A stretch of 45,318 nt of DNA from a virus (taxonomy: Duplodnaviria > Caudoviricetes): IMG/VR virus record IMGVR_UViG_3300033416_000013, positions 1 through 45,318 of that record; one strand, 5' to 3'. Below the pieces are notes generated by a model. That model was given only the letters and a program-made list of their open reading frames with translations. It was not told the origin of the DNA and searched no databases. Position numbers and translations under genes: made by a program. The first letter of the stretch is position 1; every line of letters begins with the position of its first letter. Positions 25,761-33,865 of the stretch are shown here, one piece after another.

Positions 25761-25952
25761 ATGGCCGCCAAAAACCTGACCCAACCTGAGCGCCTGGCCA
25801 GCGCCCTGCGCGCCGCCTGCTACTGCTGCCAGCGGTGCGGGCGCCCGGGCGGGTTCGTCTACGACGCACGGGGGCGCATGGGGCAAACCCGCCTGCGCAG
25901 ACGCACCAACGGGCGCGTGCTGTGCGACCAATGCCACAAGGAGGCCAAATGA
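25761..25952 (+). CDS. Small Zn-finger protein
   Basis: AGGAG RBS; CQRCG...LCDQCH. Confidence 0.55.
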   Translation: MAAKNLTQPERLASALRAACYCCQRCGRPGGFVYDARGRMGQTRLRRRTNGRVLCDQCHKEAK

Positions 25953-26191
25953 CCGCCTGCATCAACGACAGCCACACCCGCTGCACCCATGGTGGGCGGC
26001 CCATGTGCCGGGGGTGCTCCCGCATGCCCCCCACCGAGGTCTCCCTCGGGCTGGTGGAAGTGACCTCCGGGGTGGAACGCACCATGCAGGTGGCCCCAGC
26101 GCTCAACATCCCTCTGGACGACGAGGTGCGCGCGTTTATCGCCCGGGCTGCCGGGCGCCGGGTGGAGATCATCATCCGGGAGGCCCAATGA
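25949..26191 (+). CDS. Hypothetical protein
   Basis: GGAGG RBS, ATGA coupling. Confidence 0.5.
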   Translation: MTACINDSHTRCTHGGRPMCRGCSRMPPTEVSLGLVEVTSGVERTMQVAPALNIPLDDEVRAFIARAAGRRVEIIIREAQ

Positions 26192-26358
26192 CCCGCCGCC
26201 AACTCATCCAACACCTGTCAGCGCGTCGCGTGTTGGCCCGCATCCCACCCCGGGAGGATTTGGAGGCGTGGCCTGACGCCCAATTGGAGAGCGCCTATCG
26301 CGCCATGGCTGATCGCATGGCCGACGACTACAACCACAACCGACGGAGGACGGGATGA
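26188..26358 (+). CDS. Hypothetical protein (56 aa)
   Basis: GGAGG RBS, ATGA coupling. Confidence 0.5.
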   Translation: MTRRQLIQHLSARRVLARIPPREDLEAWPDAQLESAYRAMADRMADDYNHNRRRTG

Positions 26359-26759
26359 CGATACCCATAAAGGTTTTTTACCCTCACGGGAACAACTGCC
26401 CGGCCTGCGGAGACCCATGCCAAGGGCATTATGATTACGGGGATGACTGCCCCTCATGCCAGGGCCGTTGCAGGGGGCATTTGGTCTCGCAAGGGAGGCC
26501 GAGCATGCACGAACTCAAAATCTGGTCCAAGTACTACGCCGACGTGGCATCAGGGTCAAAAACGTTTGAGGTCCGCCTTGACGATCGGGGGTATGAGGTT
26601 GGAGACCTGCTTGTCCTCTACGAGTATGGCCCAGACACAAAACTCCCTGGTAACGGGATTGCCTACCGGCGCGTGACCTATATCGGACGCGATATGCCCG
26701 GAGTGATGCCAGGATACGTGGTCATGAGCATCATCCCCGATGAGACATACACTCCATGA
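26355..26759 (+). CDS. ASCH/DUF3850-domain protein
   Basis: HELKIWSKYYADVASGSKTFEVRLDDRGYEVGDLLVLYEY...PGYVVMSI; Cys-repeat N-terminus; alternative start at MHELK. Confidence 0.8.
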   Translation: MTIPIKVFYPHGNNCPACGDPCQGHYDYGDDCPSCQGRCRGHLVSQGRPSMHELKIWSKYYADVASGSKTFEVRLDDRGYEVGDLLVLYEYGPDTKLPGNGIAYRRVTYIGRDMPGVMPGYVVMSIIPDETYTP

Positions 26760-27226
26760 CCCCGCCCATCCTCTACAACCTCTTGGCCGCACTGGCGGGC
26801 ATGGCCCTGTGCCTGCTCTCCGGCGGGTCGTTTTGGCGGTGGGCGGTGCCCACCGGCGTGCAGGGTGAGGCCGCCGCCGCCGCCGTGGAGTCCATCGCCA
26901 TGGCGTTTTGGTGGCGCAACGCCGCACCGGGCTACGAATACACCCTCAAGGTGGGCTTGATGGCCGCCAGCCTGGCCACCATCCTGCTGGGCTGGCCCCG
27001 CATGGCCTGGGCCGACAACCCGGCCCTGGCGGTGTTTCTGGGGGCGGTGCTGGGCCTGGCCTACGTGGGCGGCCTGCAATGCATGGGCAATGCGGGCGAG
27101 GCCTACCGGGCGGAGGTGGCCCGGCCCGGCCCACCCCGGCCCACCCCGGCCCACCCCGGCCCACCCAGCCCGTCACCCTGGCCCAGTTGTGCACCCCCGG
27201 CTACACCAAAACCGCGCGCCACGTGA
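26756..27226 (+). CDS. Multi-pass membrane protein running into a VNTR
   Basis: Three to four hydrophobic segments; ATGA coupling. Confidence 0.55.
   Translation: MTPPILYNLLAALAGMALCLLSGGSFWRWAVPTGVQGEAAAAAVESIAMAFWWRNAAPGYEYTLKVGLMAASLATILLGWPRMAWADNPALAVFLGAVLGLAYVGGLQCMGNAGEAYRAEVARPGPPRPTPAHPGPPSPSPWPSCAPPATPKPRAT
27121..27165. repeat. 10-bp tandem repeat (CCGGCCCACC x4 plus partial)
   Basis: Seen directly. Confidence 0.9.
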
Positions 27227-27569
27227 CCGAGGCCACCAAGCGCCAGGTGTTCGCCCGCTACCACACCCCCGCGTGCGCGGCGCCTATGAGGTGGACCACC
27301 TCATCAGTCTGGAGCTGGGCGGCAGCAACGACATCACCAACCTGTGGCCGGAGGCCTACGCCGGGGCCTGGGGCGCCCGCAGCAAGGATGCCCTGGAAAA
27401 CCGCATGCATCGCCTGGTGTGCGCTGGGCAGCTGGATTTGGCGCAGGCCCAGCGGGAGATTGCCACGGATTGGGTGGAGGCCTACCGGCGCTATGTGGGG
27501 GAGGTGGACGATGAGGGCGAGGATGAGGAGGGTGAGGACGGTGGCGAGGCGGGCGGCGGGGGAAAGTGA
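27166..27569 (+). pseudogene. HNH-like nuclease gene split over two frames
   Basis: LCTPGYTKTARHV...FARY in one frame; YEVDHLISLELGGSNDITNLWPE...KDALENRMHRLVC in the -1 frame; junction at C5 run 27266-27270. Confidence 0.7.
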
Positions 27570-27623
27570 CCATTTTACTGGCGTGCGCAATATGGTTTAG
27601 CCCAGCATCCATGAGGCCTTGCG

Positions 27624-27706
27624 ATTATTTTTGCGTGGATGCATTTTTTTGTTGACTCATACGCCCGTTGGGCGTATAGTCTAATCATGGGGTGAGGGAT
27701 GAGCCC
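27624..27706 (+). promoter_or_regulatory. Repeat B copy 2: sigma70-like promoter with palindromic spacer
   Basis: 83 bp identical (inverted) to 16357-16439. Confidence 0.85.
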
Positions 27707-27741
27707 CGAAAAAAACAAATACCAGGCCAAGGGGAAACGCC

Positions 27742-27921
27742 ATGAGCACCAACCAAATCCGCAAAGCCCTGCAAAACCACTTCGGCAAGCGTAACTATCG
27801 CATCACCAAGAGCGGCGAAATCCACGCCAAAGGCACCATGCCCAACACCAACAAGCAGGGCTGGTTCTTGTTCGGCTTCCTGGGCGACGCGACCACCGCT
27901 GCCAACATCGCTACACTGTAA
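27742..27921 (+). CDS. 59-aa protein downstream of repeat-B promoter (below ORF cutoff)
   Basis: AGGGG RBS; MSTNQIRKALQNHFGKRNYRITKSGEIHAKGTMPNTNKQGWFLFG... Confidence 0.7.
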   Translation: MSTNQIRKALQNHFGKRNYRITKSGEIHAKGTMPNTNKQGWFLFGFLGDATTAANIATL

Positions 27922-27971
27922 CCAACCGGCCCCCGCGGGGGCCGCCACACGCCACCATAGGAGATGCAAAA

Positions 27972-28538
27972 ATGACCAAATACATTTCCCGCCAAGTCGA
28001 AATTGAGGCCATTCAGTGGTTTGGGCAAAATCTCCCAATGGTTGAGGATATTGTTGGAGAGCGTTGGGACTGCCCTAACTGCGGAAAATCAGCCGTTGTG
28101 CATGGGAGGATCAAAACCCCTGAGTCCGCCCACAGCACCCAGGTCTGTTGCCCGGGGGATCGGATCATCACTGGCCTCAAGGGCGAGCATTACCCCTGCA
28201 AGCCCGATGTGTTCGCGGCCAAGTACCAAGAGGTCAGGTCCATTTTCCCGCTTGACCTTGCCGCCAACCCCATCACCTTGCAATTCGGCATGGATGGTGA
28301 CCAATTCTTTTTCTTGCTGGGCGCCAACCTTCAAGATGGAATCGTTGGCTTTGGCCCCACTCCCGAAAAAGCCGCTTTTGAATTATACAAATGGATCTCT
28401 TGGGAGCAATACAAAGCCGATCACCCCGAAGAATTTGGGGGCGACGATGCTTGCCCCTCATGCGGCGTGAATTGGGAAAAGGTTTACGCTTGCGGAAATC
28501 CAACCTGCCCGAAGGTGGGCAACAAGGAGGAAAAATAA
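27972..28538 (+). CDS. AxQW...GDW-family protein with C-terminal extension
   Basis: VEIEAIQW, CPNCG...HG, VCCPGDRIITGLKGEHYPCKPDVFAAKY. Confidence 0.75.
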   Translation: MTKYISRQVEIEAIQWFGQNLPMVEDIVGERWDCPNCGKSAVVHGRIKTPESAHSTQVCCPGDRIITGLKGEHYPCKPDVFAAKYQEVRSIFPLDLAANPITLQFGMDGDQFFFLLGANLQDGIVGFGPTPEKAAFELYKWISWEQYKADHPEEFGGDDACPSCGVNWEKVYACGNPTCPKVGNKEEK

Positions 28539-28741
28539 TGCCTACGTTTAACGCACCTGACATAACCTGCGGTGACAAGCATTGCCGCCCCTGCCAGTTA
28601 GGAAAAACCTCCGCCTACGGAAATCATTTATACTGTTCATTATTCCCGACGGTGGAATTAGTTTTTCGCGACGCCACTAAAGGAACCGAGCGTTGCCAAG
28701 AATGTTTAGATTGGGAAGCCAAACAAGAGGAGGAAAAATGA
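28538..28741 (+). CDS. Small Cys-rich protein
   Basis: AGGAGG RBS; ERCQECL. Confidence 0.55.
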   Translation: MPTFNAPDITCGDKHCRPCQLGKTSAYGNHLYCSLFPTVELVFRDATKGTERCQECLDWEAKQEEEK

Positions 28742-28947
28742 AACTAGAATTCATCGACAACGAAACCGGGTTGCCCGCAGATGCGCAGAAAATTCGAGAT
28801 GAGGAAGAATGGGCAGAAGATGGGCTAGGGCGCAAGGCGGATTGCTTTGCGGTTACCGCCGATGGCGACGTTATTTTAATCGATTGGATTGGTAACTTTG
28901 TTTCTGCCCCCACCGGTCGTTTCACCCCTAGAATTGTGGAGGAGTAA
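28738..28947 (+). CDS. Hypothetical protein
   Basis: GGAGG RBS; ends PRIVEE. Confidence 0.55.
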   Translation: MKLEFIDNETGLPADAQKIRDEEEWAEDGLGRKADCFAVTADGDVILIDWIGNFVSAPTGRFTPRIVEE

Positions 28948-28952
28948 CACCT

Positions 28953-29216
28953 ATGGATACACAAAAACACTACTTACCCTACGAACATTATGAGTCGTAT
29001 TGTGGTCCTTGCCGCTTCAGGACTACCTCGCCTAGCTCAAGACTTGTACCAAATACTTCTTACGAAAATATTCAGGACTGCGTCGCTTTCTGGGAAACCT
29101 TGGAGAGGGCTTCTTATGAATTAGGAGATGAATTATTTCGTCAATGGAAACGTTGCGAACGATGCAAGCAGCACACAACTACTTATGCAATTGCCCCTAG
29201 AATTGTGGAGGAATAA
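28953..29216 (+). CDS. Small Cys-rich protein flanked by 19-bp direct repeats
   Basis: CGPC...C...KRCERC; ends PRIVEE. Confidence 0.55.
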   Translation: MDTQKHYLPYEHYESYCGPCRFRTTSPSSRLVPNTSYENIQDCVAFWETLERASYELGDELFRQWKRCERCKQHTTTYAIAPRIVEE

Positions 29217-29218
29217 AG

Positions 29219-29434
29219 ATGCACCATAAGCTTCCAACTCGCTTTATGATATTCAAGATTTTTAGGGTTGAAGTTAAATTATTTAATTTAAACCGTGAAA
29301 TTGGGTTAGGAATCCACGTAAACACGATGCCTTGCGCTCTAACTATTAAGTTAATCTTTGGCTGGTTTTGCATTACGTATTGGCCGGACATGGAAAAAAT
29401 AATGAATGTAGGACAAACCAGGAATCCCAAATGA
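29219..29434 (+). CDS. Hypothetical low-GC protein
   Basis: GGAGG RBS; ATGA coupling to next gene. Confidence 0.45.
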   Translation: MHHKLPTRFMIFKIFRVEVKLFNLNREIGLGIHVNTMPCALTIKLIFGWFCITYWPDMEKIMNVGQTRNPK

Positions 29435-29832
29435 TCCAGATATTCGTAGACTGTTTTTTGGACAACCAAGCGGATCTTCGCCAGCGGTTTAGCGCCAACC
29501 CCCCGGAGCAGTACCGGGATATTGTGGTTGCCGTGGTCAAGCTGCTGTCTGAAAAGCTCGCGAAAAACGCAGAATTCGTCCCTGACCCCGAGCGTGTGCA
29601 TGAGATTGACGATGGGGGCTATCGGGGCAGACAGCTCTACGTCATCGGTGACAACGACTATTACCCCAGTCGCTACTGGGTAGTGATGGTGGCCTACGGG
29701 TCATGCCCAGGCTGCGATACGATGGCGGAGATATACTACTGGGACCCCCCCAAGCAGGTTGATGGGTACATGAGCTTGGCGTTGCACATCGTGCAGGCGA
29801 TGCGCGAACTTGACCTACCTATCGTGAGTTAA
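29431..29832 (+). CDS. Hypothetical phage protein
   Basis: IDDGGYRG...YGSCPGCDT...ALHIVQAM. Confidence 0.65.
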   Translation: MIQIFVDCFLDNQADLRQRFSANPPEQYRDIVVAVVKLLSEKLAKNAEFVPDPERVHEIDDGGYRGRQLYVIGDNDYYPSRYWVVMVAYGSCPGCDTMAEIYYWDPPKQVDGYMSLALHIVQAMRELDLPIVS

Positions 29833-29853
29833 GCGATGCGCCACAATACACCA

Positions 29854-29886
29854 AAGCCCGCTGAGGGATTGAGCCCCGGCGGGCTT
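29854..29886. terminator. Hairpin between convergent transcription units
   Basis: AAGCCCGCTG...CGGCGGGCTT at the point of convergence. Confidence 0.6.
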
Positions 29887-29905
29887 GGTGTCACTGGAAA
29901 CGCAA

Positions 29906-30121
29906 CTACGCCAAAAACGACTTGGCCACCAGCGCCACAATGAGCCCCAGCACCAGGTAGGTGATGAGCCCGTTTTTGGACTTGATCCGGTAATCCAGTC
30001 GAAACGAGTGGAGCATGGGCACCTCAAGCACATGCGCGGCCAGCAAGATCAGCGTCAGCACGGATGCGGTGGACAGGGGGTTGGATAAAATATCGCTTAC
30101 CACAGGGATGTACTCCTGCAT
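29906..30121 (-). CDS. Putative holin (2 TM)
   Basis: GGAGG RBS; two hydrophobic segments; follows the lysin. Confidence 0.55.
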   Translation of the reverse strand: MQEYIPVVSDILSNPLSTASVLTLILLAAHVLEVPMLHSFRLDYRIKSKNGLITYLVLGLIVALVAKSFLA

Positions 30122-30133
30122 GTGATCCTCCAA

Positions 30134-30889
30134 TTAGGCCAGGGTGGCTTGGTTTGCGGTCAGGCCGTACTCGGCCATGGTGTAACTCTTCCCGTGGGCG
30201 AATCCATTCCCGCGGGCGATTGTGAGCTTGCGGATCAGGACGTCGGCCTTAAATTCGGGGGCGCACGCTTCCGCGCGTCGGTGGGCAATGATCTCCATTT
30301 TTTCTTCATCGGTCGCCAACTCCCCGGCGGCCGCGTAATCGAGCCTGATCTCATCTTGCACATCGGTGGGGATGCCCCAATTTTGCACCGCCAGGTCAAA
30401 CATAAACGCAATGCCAAGCTCAGACGTGAGCCCGTACTCACGGGCCAATTGCAGGGCTCGCCGCCAGTATCCACCGGCCGCCTCGATTTGGAGCTTTTGA
30501 CAGGCGCGCAGCTTGCCAAGCTCGGCAAAGGCGTCGATCCAGTCTTGAGGCAAGGCCCATTTGACCTTACCGCTTGGCAGGGTGGATTTGGCCTGGATGC
30601 CCACGGCGGCGGCCATACTGGCGCGCTTTTCCCCGGACATCAGGGCCAGGATGGGCATTTTGTCCATAAAAATGCTGGCCAGATCGGCGCGATGCTCTTT
30701 CATCAGGTGGGCGAGCATGGGCTGCAACGTCCCGGCCCCAAGGTTGAGCTGTAGGACGCCAAAGCTGATGCCCTGTCCGTCCCCGTTACCGGCCACCCGG
30801 CCATAGCATTCAGGGGGCCCCAGGCCGGTCTCAAATTCGGCGGTGAGCAGTAGGCAACGCTCCCGTAGGGTGATATTGGTCTGGATCAT
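30134..30889 (-). CDS. Putative endolysin (lysozyme/chitosanase-like fold)
   Basis: FETG...AGNGDGQGISFGVLQLN, MFDLAVQNWG; flanked by TM genes after the tail module. Confidence 0.7.
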   Translation of the reverse strand: MIQTNITLRERCLLLTAEFETGLGPPECYGRVAGNGDGQGISFGVLQLNLGAGTLQPMLAHLMKEHRADLASIFMDKMPILALMSGEKRASMAAAVGIQAKSTLPSGKVKWALPQDWIDAFAELGKLRACQKLQIEAAGGYWRRALQLAREYGLTSELGIAFMFDLAVQNWGIPTDVQDEIRLDYAAAGELATDEEKMEIIAHRRAEACAPEFKADVLIRKLTIARGNGFAHGKSYTMAEYGLTANQATLA

Positions 30890-31221
30890 TCGCGCTCCCC
30901 CATCATCTGGCCTCTCATCATGGCGTTTTCGGCCTCTATTTTGGCGTTATGGATTTGCAGACGGGTGTTTTCGTCTCGCAGCTCTTTGAGCTCCCGCTCC
31001 TTCGCGGCGCCAAGCCACATCAGGGTTTCTTGCCACTGTCCGAGCTGCTTTCCCACGGTGATCAAAAATTTTGCCCCCCGCCAAAGCGCCGCAGCCGACA
31101 CCCCAATCCCCGTGATGATCATGATGCCCTTGGGTGACAGACCAAGCCCGGCGAGTATCGTGGTCACAATTCCGGGCTCGGTCGCTTCAGGGGTCATGGG
31201 TTGGTCCAGGGTTGTGGTCAT
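30886..31221 (-). CDS. TM plus coiled-coil lysis-module protein (holin/antiholin-like)
   Basis: Hydrophobic segment then heptad helix; ATGA-coupled to the lysin. Confidence 0.5.
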   Translation of the reverse strand: MTTTLDQPMTPEATEPGIVTTILAGLGLSPKGIMIITGIGVSAAALWRGAKFLITVGKQLGQWQETLMWLGAAKERELKELRDENTRLQIHNAKIEAENAMMRGQMMGERE

Positions 31222-31235
31222 GGTTGACTCGCAGG

Positions 31236-31745
31236 CTACCAGACGATGGCGTCGGCGTCCATCGCTGTTTGCGCGGCGGCGATTTGACCGCGCAGATTAT
31301 CCAGGTGGTCCAGGTGGAGCTTGACGTGGGCACGCACATCAAGGCCCACCTGCTTGATCTGCGCGTCGGTATGAGGTCGCCTCGCCCAGGCGCCCGCGCC
31401 GTCGGCGCACATGAAGGCGTAAGCGCCCGCAGGACCGGAGAGTATGGCCGCAGATACCTCACCGGACAAGTTGAGCTGGCTTACTTTGTCGGTGGGGTAG
31501 GTGTATGCCGACCCCAGGGCACTGCTGGTGATCCCAGACTCTATGGCCACCTGGCATGCCTGGGATACCCTTGAGTAGGCCTGGTCCTTGGCCGCCAGCA
31601 GGTGGAGGTTGTCCCCACCAAGGGCAGACACCACGGCGGATATCTGGGCTGGGGTTGTCCCGGGCGGGTAAGCCAACGTGCCATCCAGGTTGACGGACGG
31701 GATTACTTGGATGCCCGAGGCGATTAACCTTTTGCACATATCCAT
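31236..31745 (-). CDS. Tail fibre-associated protein (DUF4376-like)
   Basis: AIESGITSSALGSAYTYPTDKVSQLNL...RPHTDAQIKQVG...AIVW. Confidence 0.75.
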   Translation of the reverse strand: MDMCKRLIASGIQVIPSVNLDGTLAYPPGTTPAQISAVVSALGGDNLHLLAAKDQAYSRVSQACQVAIESGITSSALGSAYTYPTDKVSQLNLSGEVSAAILSGPAGAYAFMCADGAGAWARRPHTDAQIKQVGLDVRAHVKLHLDHLDNLRGQIAAAQTAMDADAIVW

Positions 31746-31747
31746 GG

Positions 31748-33247
31748 TTACGCTCCGATCATGATGGTCAGGTACGATGGGGTATACCATGTGACGTTGT
31801 TAGTCACGTTTTGACCCCACCCAGCTAAGGCCTGCAGGCCACCAGTCGACGTCAACACATCAATCCCGTTTAGGGTGTCCCCGGCCCCAGCCGTGTGAAA
31901 TACCTTGCTGACTGGGTGGGTCGGAGTGGTCGCATCCAGCCCGACCCCCAAGAAAACCGCGCCCCCAGCCGACGCATTGGACACGTTGGCGTTAAACGAT
32001 GCGGATATTTTGCGGCCAGAGAATGACGCAAAACCAATCTCCTTTGCGTTGGCGTCCAATGTTGATAGCCTGGTTAAGGTGCCATTGCTTTGCACAAAGT
32101 TGCCCGTATACCCGACTGATCCAATGCGGACGATCGGATTTGCCCAGCTGTCAACCCTCAGCTCGCTTGACATGCTGTTGCTCCCGTCGGGGATAATCAT
32201 CCCAACCAGCGTCTTGGTGGCATCCCCGGTCATGGTCTCAATGCCGGTGGTGGCGTCCGTGCTGTGCCCGGTAGTACTCGCCATGATGGCCAGAGCTCCG
32301 GCGCTGGCGAAGGCATAGACATAATAGAGCGTCCCTGACGCCAGGGCGGTAAAGGTCGTGGTCACCCCAAGCGTGGCCGTGATCCCTGCCGTGGGGATTG
32401 CCAGACGACCCCATTGCCCTGCAGCCTGGGCCTCAAAAATCGGTATCCACATGCGGCCGTCAACGCGCTGCAGCTTGACGGTGGTGGTGGTGACCCAGAC
32501 AAACACCCCGTCGACCCTGGGGTCCGCCGCCCCCGGTCCGGTCTGTGATACCAACACCCAGCTCCCACCGACGTATACCACATCAACGATCTGGAGCGCG
32601 GCAATGTCCCCAGCCAGCAGCGGGTGCCCCCCGGGCCGAACGATGCTGACGGCTCCGATCCCGTTGAGGTTGAGCGTGCTCGCCCCGGTATTGGCGTTGG
32701 TCGCCACGAATCTGACGTGCTCCCCGGTGATGAGCGCCCCCCGGCTGACGGGGAGAGCGACGACGTATGCATTGGCCGCCCCGGAATCCGCCGCATAATC
32801 AATGCGGGGATTGGGGAGCAGGACAAAATATCCGCCGGTGTTGTAATACCGGGCCGCCACGTACTCCCCGGCCAGGATGTCTCCCGCCGACAGGTTGGAC
32901 CCGTCCTCACGGTTAAGGTTTTTGACCCCCAGCGTGGCCACGTTGACCGTGGATGACCCGGTGTTACGGTTGCCCGCGCGGAAAAAAATCGTCATCCCGT
33001 CGAAGTATGCCGTGGGCGCCTTTTTGACCCCAATCGCAGACAGCACATAGGTGTTGGCCGCCCCGGAATCCGTAAACATCGCGCCACCGGATGCATAGAT
33101 GGCAGCGGCCTTGGATAGTTGGTTTAGGTCACCGGATGACGGTGTCTGACCTGTGTCAGTAATCAAATTCTCCAATTCGTCTGGGATTTGATTAAACTCT
33201 GCGGCCTCTAAAGTTGATCCGTTTGCCTTTGTAGGTATGTTTTGCAT
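31748..33247 (-). CDS. Tail fibre protein
   Basis: After gp48-like gene; ELENLI...DLNQL N-terminus; two DSGAANxY...NTGxST...AGDI repeats. Confidence 0.85.
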   Translation of the reverse strand: MQNIPTKANGSTLEAAEFNQIPDELENLITDTGQTPSSGDLNQLSKAAAIYASGGAMFTDSGAANTYVLSAIGVKKAPTAYFDGMTIFFRAGNRNTGSSTVNVATLGVKNLNREDGSNLSAGDILAGEYVAARYYNTGGYFVLLPNPRIDYAADSGAANAYVVALPVSRGALITGEHVRFVATNANTGASTLNLNGIGAVSIVRPGGHPLLAGDIAALQIVDVVYVGGSWVLVSQTGPGAADPRVDGVFVWVTTTTVKLQRVDGRMWIPIFEAQAAGQWGRLAIPTAGITATLGVTTTFTALASGTLYYVYAFASAGALAIMASTTGHSTDATTGIETMTGDATKTLVGMIIPDGSNSMSSELRVDSWANPIVRIGSVGYTGNFVQSNGTLTRLSTLDANAKEIGFASFSGRKISASFNANVSNASAGGAVFLGVGLDATTPTHPVSKVFHTAGAGDTLNGIDVLTSTGGLQALAGWGQNVTNNVTWYTPSYLTIMIGA

Positions 33248-33250
33248 GTA

Positions 33251-33865
33251 TTATCCTATATATTTAAACTGCACAGCGGTTGTTGCCGGTACAAGTTTCG
33301 TAAATATGCACTCTAGGAGTCGCGTATTTTGCGCCGGGAATGTTATCGGAAATGTGTAGGGGAAACCGCCTTGCGCTGGCGTGTTTACCTCAACAACCAT
33401 CGTAAAACGTGCATCCTGCAATGACGAATACATAGGGATTGGGAACGTGAGCGGAAATGTAATTTCTTCCAATCCAGATTTTATAGTTATCGTATACCCA
33501 TACAATGCTGCCAAATCTATAAAATCTTGCTCTGTTGATACGTTCATCATCGCAAATTTTACGATAACATTTCGTACGCGATCCGCAATAGTACCGGTTA
33601 TGTCAAAGCAGTCATCCGGTATGCCAAGGGCGCTCTCCCAATCCGTCAGGCGTAAATTGATCTGCGACAAGACAGACTCTTGCGAGGCCAGGTTGAGCGT
33701 GTCATGCAGGCGCAAAAATTCCCCGGCGAACCCAATCAACAGCTGGCGAAAATTCGTTCCGTCCACCCACTTGGCGTCCCACGCCCGCCCGGGCGGGAGG
33801 AAGTGGGCCAGTGAGTTGGCGTGATCCTCCACGCTCATCTCGTCAAATAGGCGCACTATGGCCAT
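33251..33865 (-). CDS. Baseplate wedge protein, Mu gp48/YmfQ (DUF2313)-like
   Basis: LPPGRAW, DWESALGIPDDC, LECIFTKLVPATT. Confidence 0.87.
   Translation of the reverse strand: MAIVRLFDEMSVEDHANSLAHFLPPGRAWDAKWVDGTNFRQLLIGFAGEFLRLHDTLNLASQESVLSQINLRLTDWESALGIPDDCFDITGTIADRVRNVIVKFAMMNVSTEQDFIDLAALYGYTITIKSGLEEITFPLTFPIPMYSSLQDARFTMVVEVNTPAQGGFPYTFPITFPAQNTRLLECIFTKLVPATTAVQFKYIG

Noticed and set aside
27121-27165. CRISPR array
   Set aside because: Tandem units without spacers; no repeat-spacer array or cas gene seen anywhere
31748-33247. Diversity-generating retroelement or invertible fibre cassette
   Set aside because: No reverse transcriptase, invertase or adenine-specific TR/VR pair found
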